From NCBI RefSeq assembly GCF_009914755.1, contig NC_060938.1: a stretch of DNA of 64,000 nucleotides; one strand, 5' to 3'. Within the stretch, counting starts at the first letter, position 1. Every line of letters starts with the position of its first letter. This document shows positions 1 to 14,900 of this stretch, in pieces. The position numbers were made by a program, and so were the translations under genes. The DNA comes from the human T2T-CHM13v2.0 reference genome, Homo sapiens. The notes under the pieces were generated by a model, which searched no databases, was not told the origin of the DNA, and was given only the letters and a program-made list of their open reading frames with translations.

Positions 1-2984
1 TTAAATGCTGAACCATGCGGTAGACAGAGGTAGAAAGAGCAGACAGTTTAAGGTTGAACAAGTAATCTATCCAAAAGATGCAAAGAGAAGGTCCTGTGGG
101 GTTTAAGTGATCATCAGCAGAGAGCTGCATTAGCACAGGTCAGGCTGGGCATCTTCAGAAACAGGAGAAGCCTGCATAACACATTTAAATGGCCCTTCGG
201 GTGTTGTATGTTTCCCAGGGTCTGTATAGATCTGGGAAGGCATGCTCCCAGGGGACCTGAGGAATGCCAGATTCAAGGCCACTCTGCCAAACACTCTGTG
301 CAACCCCAGACAGTGATATCACTGTAGAAAGCGGGGCAAGATTTCAGAAGAGCCCGGCAAGGATGCTAAATTTCATCAGAGTGAGCTCTAATTAAAGTCA
401 ACATTTTTGACCAGTATGCCTTCCCAAGATCTAGAGAATATAGATTCAAAATGTCCCTTCAGCTGCTGCCTGTGGATAGGGTTTCAAATGGACTATTGGA
501 AATGGTTCAACTAATACTTAACACTAATTATCTCAAAAGTACCTTGTAAATACCAGTTTATACCACATCATTCACCAAAAATGTGCCACTGAAAACCCTC
601 TGAAGCAGTAATTCTCTCTTTGTATGGCATTTATGGAGAATTAATGACCAGCTAAGTCTGTGGACTTTGATCAGAGCCAGTAGTTATTAATGCATAGGAA
701 AAATTTTACACTCTTGTTCATTTTTCCAAAGGTATCATCCTTCGATGTGTGCAGCATACAAAGCCCTAGACACTGCGTTATATGTGAGCTCCCTGTTTTT
801 TTTGAGCAGACCGATAGACTCTCTTGTGACTACAGCTCCAGATTTCAAGCAACTGAAAAGCTAAGTAACAGGATCTGTCAGGAGGATGTTTACAGGTTTA
901 AGCCATGTTGTCAATACGTAGAAAATAAAGTGAGATTCAGACAAACTAAAACACAAAACCACCCTAGAACCTGCAAAAAGGAGAAATGCTTTCATGTCTT
1001 CATATTAAGTCCATTGTATTATAGTCCGTTTTAATCAATATTGGATTCATTTTGGATCTTATTAATATGATCACAATTGTCTTTACTTCTACTTTTCCTG
1101 AGCTCCACTTTATTCACTCTTTCATTTGTCTACCTACACTGAAAAGACTGAGTAATTAATTCATCTCTAGACTCTCCTAAACAAGGCAGCATTAATGAGT
1201 CAGCTTTGCTGTTATTTCCTCATAACTCTTTGCCACAAAGAAGGGAATCCCATGTCCTTGGCTTCGTACTCCCCTACACTAATTTCCCTCTTTATTCTAA
1301 CTCGTGGAAGGCAATTTGGTCCTAATTCTAACAGATAAATTGACTGCCATAACCAAAGACTGGTTAAGATCTGGTAGGGATATAAAGACTTTGAAAATAA
1401 CTTTACATTTTATTAACTGATGGTACTCTGAAACTGTGGTTTGATCACTAAACACTGTGGCATTTGTAAGTCTTAGACCCAGATACTGCCAACCAAGAAA
1501 AACTAAGCATCTGTGACATTGACTTTGTAGATTATCCTCCCCAAACTGTGCCCATCGAATCTGTATTAAAAGTTGTAAAAATAAGACAACCAGATGGAGC
1601 ATTTCTAAGCATATGATTTACAAAATACCTCTCTGTCTGAAAAAGGTCACTACTCTTCAGAAGCAATGAAAACCAGGGAGAAAAGGTATCTCCGGGGTGT
1701 TTGGGCTGGCACAGGGCTTTTCACGGTGTATGTACAGCAAATGCACAAAGGGAAGAAGTTTTTAGAGTTCCCAGATTCCCAAACTGCCTCTGCAATCACA
1801 AGCAATAATGCTTGCGGTGGTCACAACAATAATGCTTTATTCTCCTTATCTCTCACCCCTCCAGGTCCTCTCAGCTGGAACCACTGATGCAGCCTTGGCC
1901 TACCTCAGTTCCCAAGTTAAGGGTGACAGAAGCAGCCTGCATCAATAGCCCTGCTTGAGCCCCTCAGACCAATTTGGTGAGCCTTAGAATAACATCACAT
2001 TCCAGATTCCATGCTGAGCTCCAACTCCGTGAGGCTCCTCCTTGACTAGCCCAGCCAGGCCACACTTAAGGAGGAATCGAATCCATCCCTCTCAGCCCTG
2101 ACACCCTAGCCCTGGGCTGGCTCAGTCCAGAGCATGCAGATTCTCCTGAATTTCAACCAATTGCCAAGTCTAGGACGAGCGACCTTTCCTGACCTCCAGT
2201 TCACTGGCCAGTCCTTCCTCCAAGGTGTGATCTTGACACCCCACCCACCAGAATCCAATTCCTATACCTCTAGTCCTCCTCCTACTAGTGATAACCATTA
2301 CCGTGTAAAGCCACACACGGGCCACTTCCAGCCTTCCCACCACCTTACCGAGCCCACCTCACTGCCTGCCTAGAATCAATCCTTTCTGAAATCAGGACTG
2401 ACACTGTAGCTTTCCATCAGACATTATTTCTGCTTTCCCTGCTATCCTCTCCAAAGCCAGAATCTGGTTAATCGCTTTCCTCAAGAAAGGATATTTCTGA
2501 GAGTTACAGGAGAAATGAAAGCCATGGGTCCTGATAACCACTGAATGTAAAGGCTAGTGAGATAAAACGTCAAATATGACTATAGTTTCAATCGTGTGGG
2601 GTTTTTTGCAGCACCTTATGAATATTCCACAGATCCATCTCTGCACCAAAAGTCGTGTCAGGGAAAAGGGAGGCAGGGCTGCTGCATCACATTCTACTTC
2701 AAGTAAATGTCACCCCTTGGAGCTGTGTAAGGCAGCAAGCACACAGCCTACGAGGCAGCCTTCAACTTGGAGGTGGGGGTGGCCAGGGGATGAGCCAGAG
2801 GTGGGGTTAAAGTCAGAATCCAGCTTGCACTGGGCCCTCTGCTTATGTTATCTCATTTACTCCTCACACAAGCCCAATCAGGTCAGATTTACCCATTTTA
2901 TCTTTAAAAAAAAAAAAGCAAACAAAAACAGGGGCTCAGAAAGTCTAGCTTCTTCAAAATCACTCACTTAAGAAGAGCAAAGGT

Positions 2985-3283
2985 GGCTGGATGCAGTGAC
3001 TCATGCCTGTAATCCTAGCACTTTGGGAGGCCAAGGAAGGAGGACCACTTGAGGCTAGGAGTTTGAGACCAGCCTGGCAACATAGTGGCACCCAGTCTCT
3101 AGAAAGATAAAAATAAAAATTAGCCAGATGTGGTGGCACATGCCTGTAGTCCCAGCTACTTGGGAGGCTGAGGTAGGAGGAACACAAGCACAGGAGTTTG
3201 AGGCTGCAGTGAGCCATGATCATGCCACTGCACTCCAGCCTGAGTGACAGAGTAAGACTCTGCCTCCTGTCCCCCAAATAAAG
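2985..3283 (+). mobile_element. AluJ-type SINE
   Basis: Alu dimer with TSD AAGAAGAGCAAAG at 2970 and 3281. Confidence 0.9.
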
Positions 3284-3519
3284 AAGAGCAAAGCTGAGAA
3301 TTGAGCCTAGTGCTATTAGATTCCAACACGTGGGCTCTATGCATTAGCTACAATGTCTTCCCAGGAAAGGCTTAACAGAAGAAACAGGCAGAGGCATGGA
3401 GGATAACTAGACGGCAATGGAATGGAGAAGAAAGCAGCCAGCAGAGTCCAGAGCTGCAGAGTCAGGCAATGGAAGAACTGAAAAGGGATGACACATGCAG
3501 CAAATGATATTAACAGAAA

Positions 3520-3720
3520 CAGTGACCACTAAATGTTAGCTATGTGCCGGGCACGAGGCTAAGTGTTCTAGCTATATTAACTTTTTTAATCCTGACAGCA
3601 GCCCCCAGAGATAGGCCCATTTTACTGAGAAACATAAACTAAGTCTCAGAGAGGTTAAATAATTTGCCTAAGGGCATACAGCTAGCAGGGAGCAGAGTCT
3701 GGGCTTGAATGCAGACAATA
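3520..3720 (-). mobile_element. MIR SINE
   Basis: Reverse-strand MIR core (cccattttac...aaactaagtctcagagaggttaaataatttgcctaagg). Confidence 0.75.
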
Positions 3721-3861
3721 AGGCTCCATAATTTGCAGCCCCTCCTGGGAGGTTACTGAAGACCTCAGCAAGGGCAATTTTAGGAGAGTGGAGTGATCTA
3801 GCCAATTTGCAGCTTGGCCATGAAGGGGAGAAGAGAAGTAAAGAGCAGTCACTCAAGGGGG

Positions 3862-4359
3862 TATACTAGCTCCCTGGCACTGCTGTAACAACACACCACC
3901 CTCAATGTGGCTTAAACAATGGAAATTTATTCCTCAGTTCTGAAGAATACAAGCCCCAAATCAAGGTACTGGCAGGGCCATGATCCCTACAGAGCCTCTA
4001 GAGGAGGTAGAGGAGGGTCCTTCCTTGTCTCTTCCTGGCTCTGGCAGCTCCAGGGGATCCTTAGCTTCGGGGAACATAACTCCAATCTCTACCTCAGTCT
4101 TCAAGTGACCTCCTCACTCTGTCAATGTGTCTCCATGTCTTCTCATGGCGTTCTCCCTGCATGTCTGTGTCTGTGTCAAAATGTCCCTCTTCTTATAGGG
4201 ACACCAGCCATGTTAGATTAAGACCCATCCTAATGACCCCATCTTAACTTGATTAAATATATGAAGACTTTATTTCCAACTAAGGTCATACTCACAAGAC
4301 CCCAGGGTTAGGACTTCAACGTATCTTCTGGGTTGGGGGAACACAATTTGACCCATAAT
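3862..4359 (-). mobile_element. MLT1 (MaLR) solo LTR, MLT1C-like
   Basis: Typical MLT1 blocks: gctgtaacaacacaccac...ggcttaaacaatggaaatttatt...ttatttccaactaaggtcat...ggttaggacttcaac. Confidence 0.8.
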
Positions 4360-5889
4360 AAAAGCCATAGGTTCAAGGGGGAGAGTTTTTCAAGATAAAG
4401 ATGGGAAAGAAGATTCATGTGTTCTTTTAAAATAACATTTTATTAAAGATCAGTAGGCAGGTCATGGTGCTTTCCAAATAAGCAGAAAATCTGATTATCT
4501 GCATCCCAAGAAAGCTTTGCAAGGCACTACAGAAACTACAAAAAATATCATTTTTAGAACTCTGCTTTGATTTAATGAGTTGGAGAAGGACATGGCTGAA
4601 CAACTTTTGCCAGGAACACTTTGGTACTGTCATCTATCACAACCTCCCAGCTCATGTCTTCCTTGATCAATAAGAAAGCAAAATCAATGCCCATGTCAAG
4701 CTGCACGGGTAGCTCTCAATCACACAGACTGACAGAGGCAAGCAGTGGCATAAACAATAAAACTAACAAACAGAAACGTTCCACCTGGCTGGAATTTGGT
4801 CTGTTTTTTAATTGACATTTTTCTTAGGCAATTAAAAAATGAGTTTGTAATCTGTTTATATCAAATGGAAATAGCAGTGAAAGGAAGTAGCTTGGAAACA
4901 GCCAGATTGCAAAAGGAAGCCAGCCTGGAAGTAAATGGCTGGTGTAGGTAATACGCACACTTTTAACAAAGATTTAGCTATACTTACAATATCAACAATA
5001 GGTTGAGCCAACACCCAAAATGTTGGCATTAAAATTTTGCCTTAACAATTCCAACACACGATTATCATATCAAGAAACGGTCACTTATAATATTTATGCA
5101 TTCATTAACTTTTCTCAAAACATTATTACCCACTCCCTGAATAGCTTAACATAGGATCCTAAGTAAAACTCTAATTAGAAAATTTAGCAAAACTCTAATT
5201 AGAAACACCTATAAAGAATAAGCAGAAGATAGTTGTCAGTGTTTCTAATGCCCTGAGATACCTCTGATTCTCACTATCTTTGCTATTTAAATTCACAACC
5301 ACTGTATTCACTACAATATTGGAGGCAAAAAATGGCAACTCTCAGAGGAGGCAGAAGACGACATTATCAAGGAGTAAGAATGCTCTTAAACACACAACTA
5401 TTTATACAAACGGATGTTTTTCTATTCCAATAAGTCAATCAAAGACTACACTTATTCCAATAATGTTGATACTTTGAAAAACTCCATTCCTACAATTAGC
5501 ACCAGAGCAATGTGACAAAGAATGTAAAACATTCTTTGGAATGCACGCATTAGAATTCATAAGAATTTATAAGAACTTACCAAATTATTTTTATTGCTTG
5601 CCATATATGTGATATTGTGCTAGGTGCCATTGATTTTTTGAAAGAGTGAGGAGTAATTCAGAGCCAAAATAGATAAATGATATTGTTGATCAAGCAGGGT
5701 TAACACTATTTGGGATCAAAAAAATGTTTCACAGAAAGTATGTTGTCAGCCAGAGTACAATTCACTCTTGAATGCATCAAATAGAGCCCCCTGATGGTTT
5801 CAGAATTTTTTCAGAGTACATCTAGGTAATGCTGGATCTTGTAGGATGAATTCTACAAGTCAAACGATGCCATTGACTTAAGAGAATCT

Positions 5890-6210
<321 letters not shown>

Positions 6211-6558
6211 CTATGATGTGATTGCAGCCTTTCATTCTTTGGAGCCTTGAGGCTCAGGGAGATACCTCAAATCAGACATGGAGGCTAAACCTACCAAGCA
6301 TCATAATTATTTATCATATTCCTCGAAGAACCTCACTGATTTCCAGTTTCCCTTGACAAATCAACACAAATGGTGAGTCTTTGTAGGTTCTATGCATACT
6401 GCAAGTATACAGCATACCCTCGACAGAGCTTCTCTTCATGCCTACACTGTCCTTAAGAATGAGCCTGTTTCATTATCTAATTTATTCTTTACTGGAGGAG
6501 AGAAATTAACCAGCTCCATGAAGAGATGAGTGACTGCATGACTGCATTTACACAGCAA

Positions 6559-6995
6559 TGTGGCTCCATGTTATCACCACTTCCTACTACTATGTCTGTG
6601 AGTAATCTCTTCCTCTTAGGTGTGGGCATGGCCTGTGACTTGCTTCTAATCAATAGAATACGACAAAGATGATGGGATGTCACTTCCATAACTGTTACAT
6701 AAGATTGCAATGTCTGCCTTGCCAGCAGATTTTCTCTGTCATTGGCTTTGATGAAGCAAGCTGTTGTGAGCTGCATTGTGGTGGGGTCCACATAGCAAGA
6801 AACTGGGGGCAGCCTCCAGCCAACAGCCAACAAGAACCTGAATCCCTCAGTCTTACAGCTGTCAAGATACTGAATTCTGCCAACAACCATGCGAGCTTGG
6901 AGGCAGATCCTCTTCAGTGAATCTTAGGAGGAGCCTCCACTGATTCCTTAAAGCTGAGATCCTGACGTGGGGGACCTAGCTAAACTAGGCCTTGC
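6559..6995 (+). mobile_element. MLT1E-like LTR fragment
   Basis: gtgacttgcttctaatcaatagaat...gatgggatgtcacttcc...gaattctgccaacaacc...gcttggaggcagatcc. Confidence 0.75.
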
Positions 6996-7271
6996 TCTTC
7001 ACATTATTTCATCATTAGAAGCTTTTCTTGCCATGTTAGTAGTCTTGATCATTCATTTACTTCAATTAAAATGTGCACTAATTTTTAGAAACTTCCAGGA
7101 TAATTCTGCAACTGCCAACAGCATGTGTGTTTAGTGGTCAATCCTGGTAATACTATCTCAGCATGTATAAACATGTTATAATGTGTCACAGCCATGCCAC
7201 AAATCCTCTGCCTCCACATGCCAGTTGAGAAAGCCAGTCCTGTTCTTCATAGTTACCTTGAAGAGTAAACA

Positions 7272-7541
7272 GGGAATCCAGAATAGGTAAATCTGTAGAG
7301 ACAGAAAGCAATCTAGTGGTTGCCAGGGCTGGGGCAGAGGAGAATGGGGAGTAATTGCTTCATAGGTACAGGGTTTTCTTTTGGGGTGATGAAATTGTCT
7401 TGGAGATGGATAGAGGTAATGATTGCAAAACACTGTGAGTTTATTAAACACCACTGAATTGTACACTTTAAAGTGGTTAGTGGCTAATTTTATGTTATGT
7501 AAATTTTACCTCAATAAAAATAATTAATGTTATAAAAAAAT
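7272..7541 (+). mobile_element. L1MB-type 3' end
   Basis: gagacagaaagcaatctagtggttgccagggctgggg...ccactgaattgtacactttaaa...ttttacctcaataaaaa. Confidence 0.8.
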
Positions 7542-8167
7542 AAACAGGGAGAAGGGGGAACCATGAAGGCTTTGAAGAGTTCGGAGAAACGTTTTTAGCC
7601 AGAAGGAACGTCAGTATGTTCGCTTTTCCATGAGGAAAAACCAAAAACAGCTGTACTGCATACTACTTCCAAATACTATATTTCATGGATCTTGAAAGGT
7701 CATGGATTATAAGATTTACTGTTGACATTAAGTATATACACTAACCGCAAGACTTACCCATGATTTTAGAAACATCTAAGTGTGAAAATCATTTGTATCA
7801 GACTCAAAGGAAAATACTATCACAAATAAACAAAATGTGGTTACTACTAATTTTAGCAGATCCAGTTTGCTTGACTAATCTACAATGTAACTTAGAGTGA
7901 CCTGATACAAAATGGAAAAAATATAGTGTCAACTAGGGAAAAATGAATAGAAAAAAGACTGGAAGAGAATAGGCCATTTGTTTCCTATGCGTAGAGGAAT
8001 TGTTGGTGAGTTTTCCCATCTTCTTCAAACACTTTTGAAATACAGCAGGATGGGGTTTCTTCACCTTTTATCTGCTTTGTACCCTTCCATCTTCTAGCCT
8101 AAGGCATCAGCATTATACTATGAGAGGTGGACACTACAGAAACAGAGAGGGTTATTTGTCTGAAAGT

Positions 8168-8292
8168 TTCATTTATTTATTCAACAAAAATGTATTGAGA
8201 GTCTGTTACATGGTAGGTACTGTTCTAGAACCAAGGAGACACATGTGAATAAACAAAGTGTCTGCCCTCCTGGAGCTTCCAATCTAGTGGGA
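8168..8292 (-). mobile_element. L2 3' end fragment
   Basis: ttcatttatttattcaacaaaaatgtattgagag...tctgccctcctggagctt. Confidence 0.7.
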
Positions 8293-9652
8293 AGAAAGTG
8301 GCCTTCTTAACTAAGCAATGCAAAACAGGACTTAGTGGCTGGTTCACAAAACTACAGGATGAAGCTGGAGTCCTGGGAGAGATTGGTGAAAGAAGTGGGG
8401 AGGCAGACCAAGAAAGAGGGATTTATGAGAATCTGTGTAAGGACAGCCAGCATAGCCTGGAAGGGAGATGGTAGCAAGACATTTGCATCATTCTGTGGCT
8501 TCCAAGTGTTTGTGCGGTCTGCTCCAAAAAAGAGTTCTTTATGGTGGTGGACAGAGCCAGAGACCTATCCACTTGTTCCTGGGTGTAAAGCCAGGGTTAT
8601 ATAGTTTATCCAAATGTTTTTGCTTTGAGTATATCCAGCTTCATAGCCAGAATAAACAAACAAATAAACCAAAATGGGGGAAATGGATGAATACTAACAC
8701 CTGCCTTACTCCTTTTAGCCAACCAGGGACTTGCTTTTAGGAGGTGATAAGTCATTATCTGCAAAAATGATCACCTTATGAAAATATGTAAAATAAGAAA
8801 TCCCAAGAGAAGTTGAAAGTTCATGTAAGGAAAAGAAGAGAAAGAACAAGTGAAAGAGAGTGTCACATTTCTCTTTGGAAAGTGCTGGCTTTTTGTGAAT
8901 TCTAATGGATGGTATGTCATTGAAGCACCATTTAAGTGACCTGAATGATTCTTCTTTTCAGGATGATAACGGATGTGACATAGGTGCTAGGGGATTAAGA
9001 GGAAGCAAGAGTGTGAGTTAAGCAGATACTGAAAAGATATCCTGTAAAAGCTTTTAGTTCTTTTTATTATTCACATCCCTGAAAATTGATATATCTGCAA
9101 ACTGACTACAAAAATCAACTTTCCACGATGGGAGGAGTTATCAGTTAATTCTGTCTACCCCCCAACCCCCCTCCAAAAAAGCTTTAGTTGCTGATGCTGA
9201 TGTTTCTGCACTAAAGGAAGCATTAATATTCCCACCTTAAGCTTTATATATTGATCACTATTCAATGACTAGAGTAATTGCCTACACTTGAAAATGTTGT
9301 AGTCTTGAAAGATGTTCTTTGCTTCTCAGAACGCCACATCCCTTGTGCTTGTCATGATTAGATAGCATCATATTTGCCTTATTCAGCTGAAACTAAGACA
9401 TCTCACTAGCCTAATGATGCCTACCTGACAACCAATGCATTTGGGGATAAGCCTAATGATCTGTCATTTAGGAACACAGAAGTGGATTTCAGAGTACCAG
9501 GAAAAGAGACAGTGACAAGATACATTCAGCAAACTACACTTGTTTCTCAGCCAGCAGACAAAAGTGTTACCAGGAAAGTGTTCCAACTCTTGGAACTGAA
9601 TTGATATAACCAAAATAAATCTATCAACTTTTACAGCTTAAAGAAGACTCTA

Positions 9653-9950
9653 GGCCACGCGCGGTGGCTCACACCTGTAATCCCAACACTTTGAGAGGCC
9701 GAGGCAGGCAGATCACCTGAGGTCAGGAATTAGAGACAAGCCTGGGCAACATGGTGAAACCCCATCTCTACTAAAAATACAAAAATTAGCTTGGCATGGT
9801 GGTGCGCACCTGTAATCCCAGCTACTTGGGAAGCTGAGGCATGAGAATCACTTGAACCCAGGAGACGGAGGTTGCAGTGAGCAAGATCGCACCACTGCAC
9901 TCCAGCCTAGGTGACAGAGTGAGACTCTGTCTCGAAAAAAAAAAAAAAAG
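9653..9950 (+). mobile_element. AluS
   Basis: Alu dimer with poly-A tail and a degenerate TSD ending GACTCTA. Confidence 0.9.
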
Positions 9951-10179
9951 AGAGACAGAGATAAAAAGGACTCTAAAGATCTGTAAAGATCTAGTCCAAA
10001 CATCCCCTGACCATCATCAGTTCATGATCTACCTGAAGATATCAAAGACTTACCTGGAAGATCAACAAGATCAAAGCTAGTATTAACTTCCAAGTTTCTT
10101 CTTTCCACAATTACTGACATTTCCATTGAGATAAGAAACATTGTGATATCCACTTCCACCCATGCATGTATGCAGAGTA

Positions 10180-11100
10180 CGTTCATTCATTTATTTTAGT
10201 AATCAACAATCACTTATTGAGCCCTGAAAATGTGCTATATGCTATGATAGATCATAGGCAATACAACCATGAATATGGCATAAATTTTCTGCCTTCAAGT
10301 AGCTCACAATCTCATATGACAGACATTTAAAAATACAATATAACACTATGAATAAAGGACTGTACAAGTATAAACAAGGAAGTAATAGATTAATGAGAAT
10401 TCTCCCAAATAAGATGACAGTTTCATCTGATAGGGAACAATGGGTAGGCCAAGGGAGAAGTTGGAAAGGGAATTCCAGACATAGAGATCTGGATATGCAA
10501 AATCTTAGAAACATGAAAGAACACTGCATGCTCAGGTTAAAAAGAGTTTGGTGGCAGGGATATAAAGTATGCAGACGGCAAGAGAAGAGGCATTCAAAGG
10601 TAAGGCTACAGGAAGGGAAATTTGACGTACAGCATCAAAGGCCATGCAAAGGAAATTCATTTTATCCTATAGGTAATATAGGTAGCCAACACAAGGATTT
10701 CATTTAAATGGGACCATGCTGTCTTATTCAAATTGATCATCTCTCAGAACCTGTTATAACACCCATTCACACCATAAATATTTGTTCAGTGGAGTTGCTG
10801 ATACTCAATTAACATAATAAGATTTGTGTTTTAGAAAGATATCTCTGAACACAGTGTGGAGAAGGGACTGGAAATAGAGGAACTGCAAGCAAGAAAGAAC
10901 ATCAGTAAAGAGGCTCCTGCAATAGTTTGGGCAAGATATGATGCTGGCTGAAGGCAAGGAGGATGGCAAAGAAGGGTAAATTGAACAGTCACTCTTAGGA
11001 GACAAAATGAATGGGGCTTTGCTACTGAGTGGATGCGAGAACCGAGTGAAGCAGAGAAGAATTAGAGATGGCACCCAGATTTCTAACTTAGACAATGAGG
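10180..11100 (-). mobile_element. L2 fragments
   Basis: An L2 3' terminus signature (ttcattcattt...ttattgag), followed by purine-rich antisense L2 body ending gatggcacccagatttctaacttagacaa. Confidence 0.6.
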
Positions 11101-11577
11101 GTTCCCAAATGGCTCAGTTTCCTTAACAGCTCAAAGAGGAGGAAGAAGGTGATAAGCTCCAGATCGCATGCAGGTGGCAGGGCTGTACTTGAATAGGGGT
11201 TAGGTCACCTCTTTCTTTGAGTCAAAAAGGAAGGTGGGCCCAAATACACTGGGGGTGAGCACAGAGGAAAAATGAAGGGGTTTCTACATGCTGACCTCAC
11301 ATCAGGCCCCTTTTTACAGATGAAAACAGTAAAGGCTCAGAGCAACTAAGAGTCACCCAAGACCACACCATAAATTAATAGCAAGGCTAGAGCAATAAGA
11401 AGTTTCCCCATGGCTCCTCCCAGAATATTACAATGTTTCCCTTTACAAGTTAGGACAAGACCAAACACTTCAATTTCCTGGACATAAAAATGGCAAGGGG
11501 TTCATCTACAAAAGCTAAGAAGAACTGTGTACAATTAGGCCTTTCACTGTTCTGAATGTCCAGCTCTTGGCAAAAGC

Positions 11578-11906
11578 ACATTATGGAGAAGAATGGGGTA
11601 TCCATCCCCTCAAGCTTTTATCCTTTGAGTGACAAACAGTCCAATTACACTCTTTAAGCTATTTTAAAATGTACGATTAAATTATTATTGACTATAGTCA
11701 CCCTGTTGTGATACCAAATAGTAGGTCTTCTTCATTCTATTTTTTTATTTTTTTGTACCCATTAACCATCCCCAGCTCCCTTGAATCCTCCACTACCCTT
11801 CCCAGCCTCTGGTAATGATCCTTCTACTCTCTATGTGCATGAGTTCAATTATTTTGATTTTTAGATCCCACAAATAAATGAGAACATGTGATGTTTGTCT
11901 TTCTGT
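11578..11906 (-). mobile_element. L1MA-type 3' UTR fragment
   Basis: ggggtatccatcccctcaagc...ctatagtcaccctgttgtg...tttagatcccacaaataaatgagaacatg. Confidence 0.8.
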
Positions 11907-12899
11907 TATTTTGTAACCTGATACATTTGAACACTTATTTTCTTTATTCTAAGAAAAATGGTTATAGTCCTACTAGCCTTGAGGCCATACCTTTTATAAT
12001 GTGAAAAATAAATGTTCTTTTGGATGAATAAGGTGAGTGCAGGCCCCAGAGTCAAGTAAAATATATATATATAATATACGTTATATATATTATATATAAT
12101 AGTACGGGTAATAATTATAATAAGGAACTTTTGCAATGACAATGATAAAAGAGGCAAGAAAAGTTGTTAATGATTCATCAGAACACATTTCTGCTATCTT
12201 TTCAATACATACAATTTTTTTGGTCTCCTGGCTTTACTCATCCAAAAATCAGTATTTGGAACTCTTAATAAATTGAGTTTAGGGTTTTGAAAATATAATT
12301 CATGAGTCACTAGAGATAGAGCAAATACCGATAGAATAACTTCATGTTTCTTATCAATATTTCCTTCTTCATTATCTTCTTAAAATGTCCAAGACCTAAT
12401 GCAATAGCCAGTTCTTTATTGCCAGTCAGGTCATATAACTGGTGCCAAATTGGCTCCCACTTGTGTTTTAGGCTGACTTTGACTTCCTGATAGAAACTGA
12501 AGCTTTTTTTTTTAACTCAAACACCCCAGTGAGGAGTAAATGTAGAAATAAGGGAAAGACAGACTGCTTCAACATTTGATTTTATCTTTCATATATCATA
12601 TGCTAATAAAATAATCAAGAGTATTTGTCAAAGTATTTGACAAGACACTAAGCAGTTTTCAGTATCTCAAGAGAGAGATAATGACAGCAATATAAATCAT
12701 GATTAACCCTTTAGGTATTTCAAATTATCTAAGTAAAATCAGGAGGAAGGATATTCTTTATGCATTTCAAATAGTGCTGACGACAAGGGAGATAAAATGC
12801 ACCATGACAAGAACCTGTGCGAATGTCGGATGGAGTAAAGGAATCCAGATGCTGTCTTTCTAATTTGTGCCCCATGGGCACCTTTTTACATGCTATTTT

Positions 12900-13160
12900 A
12901 TGCAAGAGATCATCTCTGACCCCTCAACTCAGTTTCCCTTGTTGTCTCCTTCTATTTCATCTAGTGCATTTCCTATGATTATACTAATCTTGCTGTACTA
13001 TAATTTTTTGTATTACCTCTTTAATTGCCTGTCTCCCCACCAGAGAGTAAGCTCCAAAAAGCCAGACTATCACTACTGTTTATCATTGTAAGCCTAAAGC
13101 CTAGCAAGTCCCTCACAAGTTGTAGGCACATAGGAAGTATTTGTTGAATGAATGAATGGA
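12900..13160 (+). mobile_element. L2 3' end
   Basis: Ends gtaggcacataggaagtatttgttgaatgaatgaatg. Confidence 0.65.
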
Positions 13161-13363
13161 TAGATGGATTGCAAGGTTTACAGAAGCAACTTTTTTTTCT
13201 GAAGAGACTTATTGATTATAAGACGTCACATTTTAAAAGATAAACAATAGTATGTAATGAAGGATTTGGGTTTGGGGTGGGAAAGAAATCTAGATAACTA
13301 ATTGTAATAGCTACTTTCAATTGTAATAGCTCCTTTCCTTTTCCCTCTAATAGAATCCTTTTG

Positions 13364-13659
<296 letters not shown>

Positions 13660-13698
13660 GAATCCTTTTGGCCAGAGCGTTCCTTTTTAGTTGACTGC

Positions 13699-13713
13699 AG
13701 CGACACCTACTGC
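13699..13713 (-). promoter_or_regulatory. Candidate CTCF motif
   Basis: The minus strand reads GCAGTAGGTGTCGCT, against the core CCASYAGRKGGCRC. This is a motif match only. Confidence 0.4.
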
Positions 13714-14689
13714 TGAGTTCAAGGAAGAGCCATCTTTTAACTTGCTGATGGTAGGTGGTGCCTGAGACAAGACCACAGGGTGTTTGGATGTCACCCTGTC
13801 ATCATGCATAATGATTCTTACAGACAGGTATCCCCATTCCATGGAGAAAATACTTCTGTGTATATTTCATTAACATATCACAGTAAATTAGGGACAGAGC
13901 CCTAAATAGCAACTTCTGGCTACAGCGCCCCTCCTTGGGGGCTTGCTCAAATAAGCAGAAGGGACGATATCACATACATTTGCCTCACTAGAGGAAATGC
14001 ATAGCAAACACAGTTCCTCTTTATCTGAATACCACCTTTATGTCTATATTTGGCTTCATGAAATTCCCACCTCTTTGGGAATTTGCCCCATAAAAATATG
14101 GCAACTCCAAGCTAAATAAATGATGAGAAGAAGAAAAGAAACACACCAAAAGCCTAGAGTAGTATAAGGAATCATTCTTATGCCATTTTTAAAAAATAAA
14201 AAACTGTTGTTTTTCTAGTGTCCCTTGTTCACTTAAGAAGTCACTCTGTGTTATCCTCATCACTAAAGTCAATCTGCTGGTTATGCTATAAAAAGTATAA
14301 AAGATACTAGAGGCTGCTTTGATTGTGATTACACTCAAACATATCCCAAGCTGCTGTCCTCTTTATCAGGTTGTTCTATTACTGAACACCTATTCTGGTG
14401 TGGGCACATTCATGTTCACTGACTTTGAGTTCTAAAGTAGTTATTATCCTAACAAGCAATCAACTGTTACTTCCACTTAAGCTCCTCACTTAATCAGAAA
14501 GGATGGGTTTATTTACTTCACTGGGAAAAAAAAATAGTCTTCTAACCTTGCAATCTACTTTTAGACAGACTTTTTTGTTCAACGTATGCTCAGAAGACAT
14601 AAGATGATGTGACTACTACTAGCTCAATGGAGTTCTTTGTTTAAGCAGATCAAAGAGAAGAGACGTGAGAAATCAAGGAAACCACCCGG

Positions 14690-14900
14690 AAGCCCTAGAC
14701 CTGGCCTTTCTGCTCACTATCTGTGCTCTTGGAGCAAGTTATGAACTATCCTGAGCCTCAGTGTCCTCAACAGTAAATGGTAACACTAATAACTCCCTGT
14801 TTATCTCAATGCTAGGGTTGTTAGAATTATTAGAGGAACAAACAAGATGTGTGCTAAAACATGTAGTAAACTACAAAAAGGCCATACAAATTTAACAAAG
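14690..14900 (+). mobile_element. MIR SINE
   Basis: agacctgg...ctatctgtgctcttggagcaagttatgaactatcctgagcctcagtgtcctcaacagtaaatgg. Confidence 0.7.

Noticed and set aside
12055-12125. AT-rich quasi-palindrome
   Set aside because: It is ordinary (TA)n low-complexity sequence.
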